A stretch of DNA of 45,196 nucleotides from Candidatus Enterenecus sp. (GTDB lineage: Bacteria; Bacillota; Clostridia; Oscillospirales; Oscillospiraceae): positions 1-45,196 of the forward strand of contig JAZNQA010000116.1 of the NCBI GenBank assembly GCA_045589915.1. Direction: 5' to 3'. The position numbers were made by a program, and so were the translations under genes. How positions within the stretch are numbered: position 1 is the stretch's first letter; each line of letters begins with the position of its first letter. This document shows, piece after piece, positions 31,325-42,531 of this stretch. Below the pieces are notes generated by a model. It did not search any database. It saw only the letters and a list, made by a program, of their open reading frames with translations, and was not told the DNA's origin.

Positions 31325-31849
31325 ATGAGCAAAGAAGAGAGAAAGCAACTGCAGGATGAGATGAACCGGGAGCTGAAGAACATCCGTGAGAAGCACACGA
31401 GCGCCAGAAGCAGCCTGATCTTCCTGATGGCTGTCTGGGTGCTGGCACGTGTGATCATGCTGGTCATCGAGTACATGACCCTCAACCGCTTCAACCTGGA
31501 AATGAAAACCTTCTGGACCAATCTGGTCATCATGGTTGTGTGCCTGCTGTTCTCTTACATGGTGATCAACGGCAACAAGGGAGCGGCCATCCTGCCCATC
31601 CTCGGCGGGGCCATGACCCTTGTGGGTGCTTTTCGGGAATTCAACTCCATCGGCGGCGCAGACGGACTGTTCTTCATGCCTCTGATGGTCAAGGTGTACA
31701 TCTACGGCCTGATCGCAGTGGGTATCGTGCAGATCCTCATCATGGTGGTGGTGATGCTGCGCAAGCTGCACAAGCCCTATTTCCAGGAGATCGCAGAGAA
31801 GCAGGCCTATTACAACAAGCTCCTGTTGGGGCAGGGCGGCCGCCGCTGA
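31325..31849 (+). CDS. Hypothetical 4-TM membrane protein
   Basis: AAGGAG RBS, genome-typical codon usage and four hydrophobic segments. Confidence 0.85.
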   Translation: MSKEERKQLQDEMNRELKNIREKHTSARSSLIFLMAVWVLARVIMLVIEYMTLNRFNLEMKTFWTNLVIMVVCLLFSYMVINGNKGAAILPILGGAMTLVGAFREFNSIGGADGLFFMPLMVKVYIYGLIAVGIVQILIMVVVMLRKLHKPYFQEIAEKQAYYNKLLLGQGGRR

Positions 31850-31899
31850 GAAGCGCCGTTCCCTTATCCCAGACTATTTCCTTTGAGTGAGGTTCCGTC

Positions 31900-32115
31900 A
31901 TGCAGGAAGAAAAGATTCAAATCAACACCGAATTCATCAAGCTGGACTCCCTGCTGAAGTTCGCCAACGTGGTTGCCACCGGCGGGGAGGCCAAGCTGGC
32001 CATTCAGGAGGGGGACGTCACCGTGAATGGCGAGGTGTGCACCATGCGGGGCAAGAAGATCCGCCCCGGTGACCGGGTGGAGCTGGGCGGAGAAATCGCC
32101 CTGATCGTGGAATGA
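31900..32115 (+). CDS. yaaA: S4-domain RNA-binding protein YaaA
   Basis: [10 protein letters not shown]...TGGEAK...RGKKIRPGD motif. Confidence 0.95.
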   Translation: MQEEKIQINTEFIKLDSLLKFANVVATGGEAKLAIQEGDVTVNGEVCTMRGKKIRPGDRVELGGEIALIVE

Positions 32116-33215
32116 TCGTCAAAGCCATCACGCTGGACTTCTTCCGCAATTACGTCCATCTGGAGGCCAGCTTTCACCCCGGTGTCAACGTCATCGTGGG
32201 GGACAACGCCCAGGGAAAGACCAATCTGCTGGAGGGGGTGGCCTACCTGTCCTCCGCCTCCTCCCATCGGGCCCGCTATGACAGGGAGATGATCCAGCTG
32301 GGCGTGGATTCCGCCTTTTTGAAGGGGGAGATCTCCAGCCGCGGCCGTGACTACACGGTGGAGGCCAGCCTTCACCGTGGGGCAAGGCGGCAGCTGTTCT
32401 CCAACGGGGTGCGGCTCAAAACGGCGGGGGAACTGTCCGGCCTGCTGAACACGGTGCTGTTCTGCCCGGAGGATCTGTACCTCATTCGGGAGGGTGCGGC
32501 GGCACGGCGGCGCTTTCTGGACGACTGCATCTGCCAGCTCCGCCCCCGCTATGCCGTGGCGCTGGCGGAATATCGCAAGCTCCACGAGCACAAGACCCGC
32601 ATCCTGCGGGACAGCGAGGAGAAACCCTCCCTGCTGGACACGCTGGACGATTTTTCCCTGAGAATGGCCCAATGCGGTGCGCTTATCATCCATTACCGTG
32701 CCCATTTCATGAAAAAGCTGCGGCAGGTGGCGCCCGCCATCCATGCCGACTGCTCCGGCGGGCGGGAGAGTCTGGATCTGCGGTATGAAACGGTGTCCAC
32801 TGTCACCGACCCGGAGGCCAGCCCCAAGGCGCTGCTGCCCCAGCTATTGGCTCACCAGGAGAGCCACCGGCGGGCCGAGATCGAGAGCCGCACCTGTCTA
32901 TCCGGCCCCCATAAGGACGACATTTCCGTGGACATCGACGGCAACCCCGCCAAAACCTTTGCCTCTCAGGGGCAGACCCGCACGGCGGCGCTGGCCCTCA
33001 AGCTGGCGGCACGGGACATCTTCTTTCAGGATACGGGGGAGTGGCCGGTGCTGCTGCTGGATGACGTGCTCAGCGAGCTGGACCACCGCCGGCAGGAGTT
33101 CGTCATGAACCGCATCACCAGCGGGCAGGTGTTCATCACCTGCTGCGAGGAGGAGAAGCTGGCGCAGCTCAAGGAGGGCAAGGCGTTTCATATTAAAGGC
33201 GGCAGGTTGGTGTAA
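32112..33215 (+). CDS. recF: DNA replication and repair protein RecF
   Basis: [23 protein letters not shown] and [10 protein letters not shown] motifs. Confidence 0.97.
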   Translation: MIVKAITLDFFRNYVHLEASFHPGVNVIVGDNAQGKTNLLEGVAYLSSASSHRARYDREMIQLGVDSAFLKGEISSRGRDYTVEASLHRGARRQLFSNGVRLKTAGELSGLLNTVLFCPEDLYLIREGAAARRRFLDDCICQLRPRYAVALAEYRKLHEHKTRILRDSEEKPSLLDTLDDFSLRMAQCGALIIHYRAHFMKKLRQVAPAIHADCSGGRESLDLRYETVSTVTDPEASPKALLPQLLAHQESHRRAEIESRTCLSGPHKDDISVDIDGNPAKTFASQGQTRTAALALKLAARDIFFQDTGEWPVLLLDDVLSELDHRRQEFVMNRITSGQVFITCCEEEKLAQLKEGKAFHIKGGRLV

Positions 33216-33750
33216 GGCTCGATGTCCTCATCGGCCCGCAAAAGGGATTCCGCCGTCTGCAGACGGCGGGACGCTCCGCTGGGGGGACTTTCTCTCACGC
33301 AAGAGAAAGTCACCAAAGAGTGCGGATAAGGGTTGCACCCTTATGTATCCTGCCGGTTCAAACCCTTTAGACAAAACCACTCAAGATCGGCGCTGTGGTA
33401 AAGGGACTGTCTCTACTCCTTTCGCCGCTCGTCGCTCACACTCAATCGTTAGAGCGTCAGCTTCTTAGGCGAGTGCGCCTAATCAGTTGTATACCTGTAA
33501 TCCGTAGGGCAAGGGCTCTGCCCTTGCCGTGGTGATTGCGGGCCGATGTGGGCATCGGCCCCTACGCAATACCTGCAAGACGTCCCGTAGGGGCGCACCT
33601 GCGTGTGCGCCCGAATACACCTCTCAGTCAGCTTCGCTGACAGCGTGCCCTACCCCCTCTGTCCTGCGGACATCTCCCCCTGACAGGGGGAGTCGGCCTC
33701 AAGGGGAGCCTTTGAAGTACGCACCCCTTCATTCTGCATTCTGCATTCCC
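33216..33750. repeat. Family-E-like element plus A/B/C mosaic
   Basis: GACTTTCTC..GAGAAAGTCACCAAAG hairpin (~33286-33320), A REPs and a B repeat carrying a nested module. Confidence 0.8.
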
Positions 33751-33763
33751 CAAGGAGCCCCCT

Positions 33764-34027
33764 ATGTACCTTCACTTAGGACAATCCGCCATGATCCCCA
33801 AGGAGGACATCATCGGCGTGTTTGACATGGACAACACTTCCTGGTCCTTCCGCACCCGCCTGTTTTTGGAGCAGGCGGAGCAGGAGGGTCGGGTGATCCC
33901 GGTGGGCGACGATCTGCCCCGTTCCTTCGTGCTGTGCCACGTGGGGGAGGGGGAAACCGCCGTCTACACATCCCAGCTTACCACCGCTCTTCTCATCCGG
34001 CGGATGGAAGAAGATCATTATGAATAA
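33764..34027 (+). CDS. remB: RemB/YaaB (DUF370) family protein
   Basis: MYLHLG.....DIIGVFD...RSFV motif; position between recF and gyrB. Confidence 0.85.
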   Translation: MYLHLGQSAMIPKEDIIGVFDMDNTSWSFRTRLFLEQAEQEGRVIPVGDDLPRSFVLCHVGEGETAVYTSQLTTALLIRRMEEDHYE

Positions 34028-34439
34028 GGAGGATACTCATATGGAACCCATCACTTACCTCTGGAAGGATCGCAAGCGTCACCTCGGTCTGCCCCTCAGC
34101 TTCACCAGATACCGCCTCAGCGAGGACCGTGTGTTCTGCGAGACCGGCTTTCTCAACCTGAAGGAGGAGGAAGTGCTCCTCTACCGTGTGCGTGATCTGG
34201 AGCTGAAGCGCTCCTTCTGGCAGCGCATCTGTCGGGTGGGCACTATTTGCGTCCACTCCTCTGACAAGACCAATGCCCACCTCGACCTGAAGAACGTCAA
34301 GGATTCCAAGATGGTCAAGGAGCTCATCTTCCAGAAGGTGGAGGCGGCCAAGGATGCCCGCCGGATGCGTCCCATGGAGATCATAGATGACAGCGTGGAG
34401 GATCTTGACGGCATGGATGAGGAGTTCTGCGAGGAGTAA
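34020..34439 (+). CDS. Bacterial PH-domain protein
   Basis: FTRYRL....ETGFLN...LYRVRD.....FWQR...VGTI...SSD motif; start may be 34041. Confidence 0.8.
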   Translation: MNKEDTHMEPITYLWKDRKRHLGLPLSFTRYRLSEDRVFCETGFLNLKEEEVLLYRVRDLELKRSFWQRICRVGTICVHSSDKTNAHLDLKNVKDSKMVKELIFQKVEAAKDARRMRPMEIIDDSVEDLDGMDEEFCEE

Positions 34440-36419
<1,980 letters not shown>

Positions 36420-36490
36420 GTAGAAAAGGCTCTCCTTGAGGAGAGCTGTCCGTTCACCTCTCCGCCCCCTGCGGGGGCACCTCCCCTCAA

Positions 36491-36649
36491 GTAAACGCTG
36501 ATTAAATCGGCAAGAGCAGATTGCGAGGAAATTTAAGTTGCAAAGAGGCGCGATTTTACAGAAATAATCGGTTTATTTCAAGAAATCGCAACGAATTTGC
36601 GGCTGAAATTTTCCGTAAGATGCCGCAGACGCATTTATTCAGTGTTTAC
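36491..36649. mobile_element. 159-bp MITE with 17-bp TIRs and a 4-bp TCAA duplication, inserted in a B-repeat loop
   Basis: GTAAACGCTGATTAAAT ... ATTTATTCAGTGTTTAC (15/17 match); TCAA at 36487-36490 and 36650-36653. Confidence 0.85.
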
Positions 36650-36731
36650 TCAAGTGGGAGGCTTTGGGGACGCTGACCGTATGAGGATTTGGGTGTGCAA
36701 AACAAGCAGGACCCGCAAGGAGTGAATTTTC

Positions 36732-39224
36732 TTGTCTAAGCAAGACGAATACCTGACCCGGGATATTTCCTTCCCCGATCAGAAAATTGTTGAGATCAAT
36801 CTGGAGCACGAGATGCAGACGGCGTACATCGAGTACGCCATGTCGGTCATCGTGGGCCGTGCCCTGCCCGACGTGCGGGACGGCCTGAAGCCCGTCCACC
36901 GCCGCATCCTGTACTCCATGTACGAGAGCGGGCTCACCTCCGACAAGCCCTACAAGAAGTCGGCCACCTGCGTGGGCGATGTGCTGGGTAAGTACCACCC
37001 CCACGGCGACGCCTCCGTGTACGATGCACTGGTGCGTCTGGCGCAGGATTTCTCCATGCGCTACCCGCTGGTGGACGGTCACGGCAACTTCGGCTCGGTG
37101 GACGGCGATCCCCCCGCCGCCTACCGTTATACCGAGGCCCGCATGGCCAAGCTGGCCAACGAGATGATGCGGGACATCGACAAGGACACCGTGGACTGGG
37201 ACCCCAACTTCGACGAGTCCATGAAGGAGCCCCGTGTGGTGCCCTCCCGCTTCCCCAACCTGCTGGTGAACGGTTCCTCCGGCATTGCCGTGGGCATGAC
37301 CACCAACATCCCGCCCCACAACCTGCGGGAGGTCATTGACGCCGCCATCTGCGTGCTGGAGAATGAGAACGCCACCCTGGACGACCTGATGGAGCACATC
37401 AAGGGCCCCGACTTCCCCACCAAGGGCATCATTATGGGCCGCTCCGGCATCCGTGCCGCCTATGCCACCGGCAAGGGGCACATCCGTGTGCGGGCCCGCA
37501 CCGAGATGGAGGAGTTCGGCAACGGCCGTACCCGCATCATCGTCACCGAGCTGCCCTATCAGGTGAACAAGTCCCGACTTGTGGAAAATATCGCAGATCA
37601 GGTGAAGGACAAGCGGCTGGACGGCATTTCCGGCCTGCGTGACGAGTCGGACGGCAAGAAGGGTATGCGCATCGTCATCGAGCTGAAGAAGGATGCCAAC
37701 CCGCAGGTCACCCTCAACCGCCTGTTCGCCCAGACCCAGATGCAGACCACCTTCGGCGTGATCCTGCTGGCGCTGGTCAACAACCAGAAGCAGCCCCGTG
37801 TGCTCACCCTGCGCCAGATTCTGGACGAGTATATTGCCTTCCAGGAGGAAGTCATCACCCGCCGCACCCGTTACGACCTGAAAAAAGCCCAGGAGCGTGC
37901 CCACCTGTTGGAGGGTCTGCTCATCGCCCAGGACAACATTGACGAGGTCATCCGCATCATTCGGGAGAGCTATGACGATGCCAAGGAGAACCTGATGAGC
38001 CGCTTCGGCCTGTCCGACGTGCAGGCCCAGGCCATTTTGGATATGCGCCTGAAGGCGCTGCAGGGGCTTGATCGGGAGAAGCTCAAGCTGGAGTATGACG
38101 AGCTGCAGAAGAAGATCGCCTACTACAACGAGCTGCTCACCAACGAGGTCATGCTCCGTGGGGTGCTCAAGGATGAGCTGACCGAGATTCGGGACAAGTA
38201 CGGCGACGAGCGCAAGACCGAGATCGGCTTTGCCGAGGACGATCTGGACATCGAGGATCTCATCGTGGAGGAGCAGTGCGTCTTCACCATGACCGCCAAC
38301 GGCTACATCAAGCGCACCTCCGCCAGCGAGTATGCGGCGCAGGGCAAGGGCGGCATGGGCAAGAAGGGCATGGCCACCCGTGAGGAGGACTATGTGAACA
38401 CCGTGTTCACCGCCTCCACCCACGACTATATCCTGTTCTTCACCGACAAAGGCCGTGTGTTCCGCAAGAAGGGGTATCAGATCCCGGAGGCAGGTCGTAC
38501 CGCCCGTGGCACCAACATCGTCAATGTCCTCCAGGTGGAGAGCGACGAAAAGGTGTCCGCCATGATCCACACCCGTGATATTACCAGCGAGGATCGCTTC
38601 CTGGTGATGGTCACCCGCAACGGTACGGTGAAGCGCCTGTCGGTGTCCACCCTGCGCAACCTGCGCAACAACGGCCTGCGGGTCATCACCCTGGACGAGG
38701 GGGACGAGCTCATCACCGTCCGTGAGACGGACGGCACCCGCACCATCCTCATCGCCACCCATGACGGTCAGGCCATCTGCTTTGACGAGAACGATGTCCG
38801 CCCCACCGGACGCACCGCCATGGGCGTGCGGGGCATCCGCCTGCGTGAGGGTGACTTCGTGGTGGGCGCTGCCCGTGTCACCGAGGGCAGAACCGTGCTC
38901 ACCATCACCGAAAAGGGCTTTGGCAAGCGCACTCCCGTGGAGGAATACCGCCTGACCAACCGTGGCGGTCTGGGTATCCGCAACTATATGGTCACGGAAA
39001 AGACCGGCAAGATCGTGGGCATCAAGGTGGTGGACGGCAGCGAGGATCTGCTGCTGGTCACTCAGGGCGGCACCCTCATCCGCACCGATGTGGACGCCAT
39101 CCGTCTGGCCGGCCGTGCCACTCAGGGCGTCATCGTCATGCGCTTCAAAGAGGAGGGCGACAGCGTCATCGCCATGGCTCTGGCCGAGAAGGAGCCGGAG
39201 GAAGAAGTGCAGAATGCGGAGTGA
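36732..39224 (+). CDS. gyrA: DNA gyrase subunit A
   Basis: [31 protein letters not shown] and GyrA-box QGKGGMG; TTG start after AAGGAG. Confidence 0.97.
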   Translation: MSKQDEYLTRDISFPDQKIVEINLEHEMQTAYIEYAMSVIVGRALPDVRDGLKPVHRRILYSMYESGLTSDKPYKKSATCVGDVLGKYHPHGDASVYDALVRLAQDFSMRYPLVDGHGNFGSVDGDPPAAYRYTEARMAKLANEMMRDIDKDTVDWDPNFDESMKEPRVVPSRFPNLLVNGSSGIAVGMTTNIPPHNLREVIDAAICVLENENATLDDLMEHIKGPDFPTKGIIMGRSGIRAAYATGKGHIRVRARTEMEEFGNGRTRIIVTELPYQVNKSRLVENIADQVKDKRLDGISGLRDESDGKKGMRIVIELKKDANPQVTLNRLFAQTQMQTTFGVILLALVNNQKQPRVLTLRQILDEYIAFQEEVITRRTRYDLKKAQERAHLLEGLLIAQDNIDEVIRIIRESYDDAKENLMSRFGLSDVQAQAILDMRLKALQGLDREKLKLEYDELQKKIAYYNELLTNEVMLRGVLKDELTEIRDKYGDERKTEIGFAEDDLDIEDLIVEEQCVFTMTANGYIKRTSASEYAAQGKGGMGKKGMATREEDYVNTVFTASTHDYILFFTDKGRVFRKKGYQIPEAGRTARGTNIVNVLQVESDEKVSAMIHTRDITSEDRFLVMVTRNGTVKRLSVSTLRNLRNNGLRVITLDEGDELITVRETDGTRTILIATHDGQAICFDENDVRPTGRTAMGVRGIRLREGDFVVGAARVTEGRTVLTITEKGFGKRTPVEEYRLTNRGGLGIRNYMVTEKTGKIVGIKVVDGSEDLLLVTQGGTLIRTDVDAIRLAGRATQGVIVMRFKEEGDSVIAMALAEKEPEEEVQNAE

Positions 39225-39230
39225 TAAGCC

Positions 39231-39437
39231 ATGAAAAGACTGTTGGAGCGTATCCGCAGGTCGCTGGGAAGAGTCTACTGCGTTTTCTATGGCGTACTTT
39301 TCCTGCTGGGTGCGGTGGGACTGCTGTTGACAGTTACGATGCTGCCGGAGTATGGAGCGGTGGGTGCCACAGGCGGTCTGATCGCTCTGTGCTGTGCCAT
39401 TGTCTTGTTCGTTGCCGCAACGGATGAATACGAGTAG
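39231..39437 (+). CDS. Small 2-TM hypothetical protein
   Basis: GGAG RBS, two hydrophobic helices, follows gyrA by 6 nt. Confidence 0.6.
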   Translation: MKRLLERIRRSLGRVYCVFYGVLFLLGAVGLLLTVTMLPEYGAVGATGGLIALCCAIVLFVAATDEYE

Positions 39438-39468
39438 TTTGCGGACGCAAAGGAGAGCAAAGGAAAAT

Positions 39469-39966
39469 ATGATAAAAAAGATCTTAAAGCGGATCAATAA
39501 AGCCCTCGGTTCCACCGGGTGCCAGATCGTGGCGGCCATGGTCGTCATCCCGTTCTATTTAATCATCCGTATCGGAGGGAGAAAGTGGCTGAGAAGCGGC
39601 CTGAGCGAGTCCGCACCTGCCCTCATCATCTTTGCTTTGGTGCTGCTGCTGGTGGCTGTGGTGATGGGGATGGCGTCCAAGCAGGGCGACCCGGAGGAGG
39701 ACGAGCCTGCCGCTCCGCAGGAGAGCGAGCCTGCCGCTCCGCCGCAGCCGGAGCCGGAAGCAAAGCCGGAGCCCACCCCCGCTCCCGCCGCCGCTGAGAC
39801 GGCTCCCGCAGAGGAGACCGTCCCAGTGGTGGACGACACCCAGTTCCTCTTCGCCGATCACGCCACCTACCAGAGCTTCTGCGAGCTGAAAGAGCAGTAC
39901 GAGGACGGGTTGATGACGGAGGAGGAGTATAACCTGAAAAAGTGGCAGCTTTTGAACGGCAAATAA
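39469..39966 (+). CDS. Membrane protein with Pro/Ala/Glu linker and SHOCT-like C-terminus
   Basis: Two TM segments; C-terminal ELKEQYEDGLMTEEEYNLKKWQLL. Confidence 0.8.
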   Translation: MIKKILKRINKALGSTGCQIVAAMVVIPFYLIIRIGGRKWLRSGLSESAPALIIFALVLLLVAVVMGMASKQGDPEEDEPAAPQESEPAAPPQPEPEAKPEPTPAPAAAETAPAEETVPVVDDTQFLFADHATYQSFCELKEQYEDGLMTEEEYNLKKWQLLNGK

Positions 39967-39993
39967 GCCTTCCCCTGGGGGAAGAGGTGAGCT

Positions 39994-40377
39994 ATGACTT
40001 TGCCCAGAGAAAAGATCCTGTTATCCAATGCAAGAGATCTGCGAAAACAGATGACAAAGGAAGAGCGGCATCTGTGGTATGATTTTCTGCGCAGCCATCC
40101 CATGAAGTTCTACAAGCAGAAGATCATCGGTCGCTATATTGTGGATTTTTACTGCCATAGTGCGCAGCTTGCCATCGAGTTGGATGGTTCCCAACATTAT
40201 GAGGATGCAGGTGCTGCATATGACAAGGAGCGTACCGCTATGCTGGAACAGCATGGTGTTAAAGTCATTCGCTTTTCCAATTTGGATGTGAACCGGAATT
40301 TTGAGGGTGTATGTCAGGCCATCGAACTGGCATTAAAGGAACAGCGAGAGGGGACACCTCTCAGTCAGCTTCGCTGA
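39994..40377 (+). CDS. DUF559 (Vsr-like/PD-(D/E)XK) endonuclease domain protein
   Basis: ARDLRKQMTKEERHLW, Q..IGRYIVDFYC, IELDGSQH and D..R...L...G..VIRF.N motifs; more AT-rich codons than its neighbours. Confidence 0.92.
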   Translation: MTLPREKILLSNARDLRKQMTKEERHLWYDFLRSHPMKFYKQKIIGRYIVDFYCHSAQLAIELDGSQHYEDAGAAYDKERTAMLEQHGVKVIRFSNLDVNRNFEGVCQAIELALKEQREGTPLSQLR

Positions 40378-40452
40378 CAGCTCTCCTCGAGGAGAGCCTA
40401 AAAAGCCTCCCCTTGAGGGGAGGTGGCACGGCGCAGCCGTGACGGAGAGGTG
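40355..40452. repeat. Inverted family-B pair overlapping the DUF559 stop
   Basis: CACCTCTCAGTCAGCTTCGCTGACAGC... (40355-40398) and GCCTCCCC...GGAGAGGTG (40405-40452). Confidence 0.9.
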
Positions 40453-40466
40453 AACATTCCAAAGCT

Positions 40467-40910
40467 ATGAAAACCGTAACCTTATACACCGACGGCGCCT
40501 GCTCCGGCAATCCCGGACCGGGGGGCTGGGGCGCAATTTTGATGTTCGGGGAGCACAAACGGGAGCTGTCCGGCGGCGAGCCGGACACCACCAACAACCG
40601 CATGGAGCTCACCGCCGTCATCCGTGGGCTGGAGGCCCTGAAGGAGCCCTGCATCGTGGAGCTGTACTCCGACTCCAAGTACGTCATTGATGCCCTGGAA
40701 AAGGGCTGGGCCCGTGGCTGGCGGGAGCGTGGCTGGGTCAAGGCGGACAAAAAGCCCGCCCTCAATCCCGATTTATGGGGCAGGCTGCTCGACCTGTGCG
40801 ACCGCCATCGGGTCAACCTCCACTGGGTCAAAGGGCATGATACCAATCCATATAATAACCGCTGTGATGAGCTGGCGGTGTCCGAATGGCAAAAGTTAAA
40901 AACCCGGTAA
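40467..40910 (+). CDS. rnhA: Ribonuclease HI
   Basis: [29 protein letters not shown] and N.RCDELA motifs. Confidence 0.97.
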   Translation: MKTVTLYTDGACSGNPGPGGWGAILMFGEHKRELSGGEPDTTNNRMELTAVIRGLEALKEPCIVELYSDSKYVIDALEKGWARGWRERGWVKADKKPALNPDLWGRLLDLCDRHRVNLHWVKGHDTNPYNNRCDELAVSEWQKLKTR

Positions 40911-40942
40911 ACGGGGAAAAATAAAGAAAGAAGGAACGAAAC

Positions 40943-41317
40943 ATGGGTAAATTTGTGATCTTTAAGGCAAAGAACGGCGAGTACACTTTCCGTCTGGAGG
41001 CTGGCAACGGCGAGCCCATCCTGGCCGCCGGTGAGACTTTCTCCTCTCTGGCCGCCTGCAAGGGCAGCGTGGAGTCCGTGAAGAAGAACGCCAACGCCCA
41101 CGTGGAGGATCAGACCAAGGAGGGCTATGAGACCCTGAAGCACCCCAAGTATGAGCTGTACAAAAATGACGCCGGTCAGTTCCGCTTCCGCCTGAAGGCC
41201 ATCAACGGTGAGCCCATCGGCCGCAGCGAGGGCTACAAGGCCAAGGCCAGCGCCGTCAACGGCATCGAGTCCGTGGGCAGAAACGCTCCCGACGCCGACG
41301 TGGTGGTGGAGGAGTAA
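40943..41317 (+). CDS. YegP/DUF1508 (UPF0339) family protein, tandem domains
   Basis: Two FRL.A.NGE.I...E.....GIESV..NA repeats. Confidence 0.9.
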   Translation: MGKFVIFKAKNGEYTFRLEAGNGEPILAAGETFSSLAACKGSVESVKKNANAHVEDQTKEGYETLKHPKYELYKNDAGQFRFRLKAINGEPIGRSEGYKAKASAVNGIESVGRNAPDADVVVEE

Positions 41318-41333
41318 TTTCCACAAAGAGAAC

Positions 41334-41367
41334 AACGCCTGAGGAGCATCCTCAGGCGTGGTTTTTT
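41334..41367 (+). terminator. Intrinsic terminator after the YegP-like gene
   Basis: ACGCCTGAGG...CCTCAGGCGT stem plus T-tract; second copy at ~41518-41551. Confidence 0.8.
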
Positions 41368-41405
41368 GGTTATGAAGAGATTAAGCCTTCCCCTCTGGGG
41401 AAGGT

Positions 41406-41488
41406 AAGTCGGGAGGCCAAGCGGTCTTGAAGACAATTAGAGCTCCCAACTCCTTGGCTCCCAGAACGACATGGCTACGATCCGACTT
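41406..41488 (+). other. MGI/BGI DNBSEQ library adapter with 10-nt barcode (assembly artefact)
   Basis: AAGTCGGGAGGCCAAGCGGTCTTGAAGACAA, then TTAGAGCTCC, then CAACTCCTTGGCTCCCAGAACGACATGGCTACGATCCGACTT; matches the MGI adapters as I recall them apart from a few errors. Confidence 0.93.
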
Positions 41489-41568
41489 GGTGGAGGAGTA
41501 ATTTCCACAAAGAGAACAACGCCTGAGGAGCATCCTCAGGCGTTTTTTTTTGGTTATGAAGAGATTAA

Positions 41569-42082
41569 GCCTTCCCCTCTGGGGAAGGTGGCATTTGCGA
41601 AGCAAATGACGGATGAGGGGAGAGGAAATGCAGAATTCAGAATGCAGAATGCAGAATGAATGGACGCAGCCCATAGCCTCCCCTCGAGGGGAGGCTATGG
41701 GGTGCGCACTTGAAAGGCTCCCCTTGAGGGGAGCTGTCAGCGAAGCTGACTGAGAGGTGAATTCGGGCGCACACACAGGTGCGCCCCTACGGGCAAGCCA
41801 TCGGTTCTCCCGTAGGGGCGGCTCCCAGAGCCGCCCGCTCTTTCACCTCTCCGCCTCGCTGTGCTCGGCACCTCCCCTCAAGGGGAGGCTATGGGGTGCG
41901 CACTTGAAAGGCTCCCCTTGAGGACGACTCCCCCTGTCAGGGGGAGATGTCCAAAGGACAGAGGGGGTAGGGCATGCTGTCAGCGAAGCTGACTGAGAGG
42001 TGTATTCGGGCGCACACACAGGTGCGCCCCTACGGGCAAGCCTTTGGGTACGCCGTAGGGGCGGGTTCCAAACCCGCCCGCA
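41569..42082. repeat. Mosaic repeat cluster with a locally duplicated unit
   Basis: B repeats, a GCAGAAT tract and A REPs; unit ~41688-41799 recurs at ~41882-42042 with an extra nested module. Confidence 0.9.
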
Positions 42083-42087
42083 CGGGC

Positions 42088-42240
42088 TCAACCCCCGTTC
42101 TGCTTCTTCTCCAAATGCTCCCGCAGCACCAGATTGATGTAGCTGGACAGGGAGCGGTCTTGATGCTCTGCAAGTTCTTTGACCTTTTCCAACACCGGCT
42201 CATCCAGTGAAATGCTAACAGTTTTCTTCAAGGGTTTCAT
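42088..42240 (-). CDS. 50-aa ribbon-helix-helix (CopG/Arc-like) protein, absent from the ORF track
   Basis: MKPLKKTVSISLDEPVLEKVKELAEHQDRSLSSYINLVLREHLEKKQNGG; GAGGTG RBS. Confidence 0.85.
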   Translation of the reverse strand: MKPLKKTVSISLDEPVLEKVKELAEHQDRSLSSYINLVLREHLEKKQNGG

Positions 42241-42283
42241 ATGACCACCTCAGGAATATCATACTATTTAGCACGAATGAATG

Positions 42284-42312
42284 TTGACTATTATTAAAAC
42301 TTCGTGTAAATT
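42284..42312 (+). promoter_or_regulatory. SigA-like promoter
   Basis: TTGACT, 17-nt spacer, TG-containing lead into TAAATT. Confidence 0.6.
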
Positions 42313-42330
42313 AGTGATGAGGTGAATGGT

Positions 42331-42531
42331 ATGAAAACTTCTGACCAGTTGGAACAAATTCAGGAGGCCATGCAGGACTTGCGGGAGGATGCCGCTCTGC
42401 TTCAGTTGGCGCTGCTGGGTGCGCAGGCATCCGTTGACCGCATGACCCTGAGCTGCCTGCTGCGGCTGAACGATTATTTGAAGCAGCATATACAGGATGT
42501 GGAGATGCTGCTGGTGGAGCATACGGCGTAG
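42331..42531 (+). CDS. Small helical hypothetical protein (66 aa)
   Basis: Promoter and GAGGTG RBS present; amphipathic helical pattern. Confidence 0.7.
   Translation: MKTSDQLEQIQEAMQDLREDAALLQLALLGAQASVDRMTLSCLLRLNDYLKQHIQDVEMLLVEHTA

Noticed and set aside
36639-39548. Long antisense ORFs (969 aa here; also 4992-6800, 7115-9202, 10211-12124, 27936-29675, 33993-36017, 43194-45071)
   Set aside because: They are shadows of high-GC3 genes on the opposite strand, with no recognisable motifs.
39703-39742. 16-bp direct repeat in the SHOCT-like gene
   Set aside because: It is an in-frame EPAAP duplication in a low-complexity linker.
41305-41589. Biological insertion with a 101-bp target duplication
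   Set aside because: The insert is an MGI sequencing adapter with a barcode.
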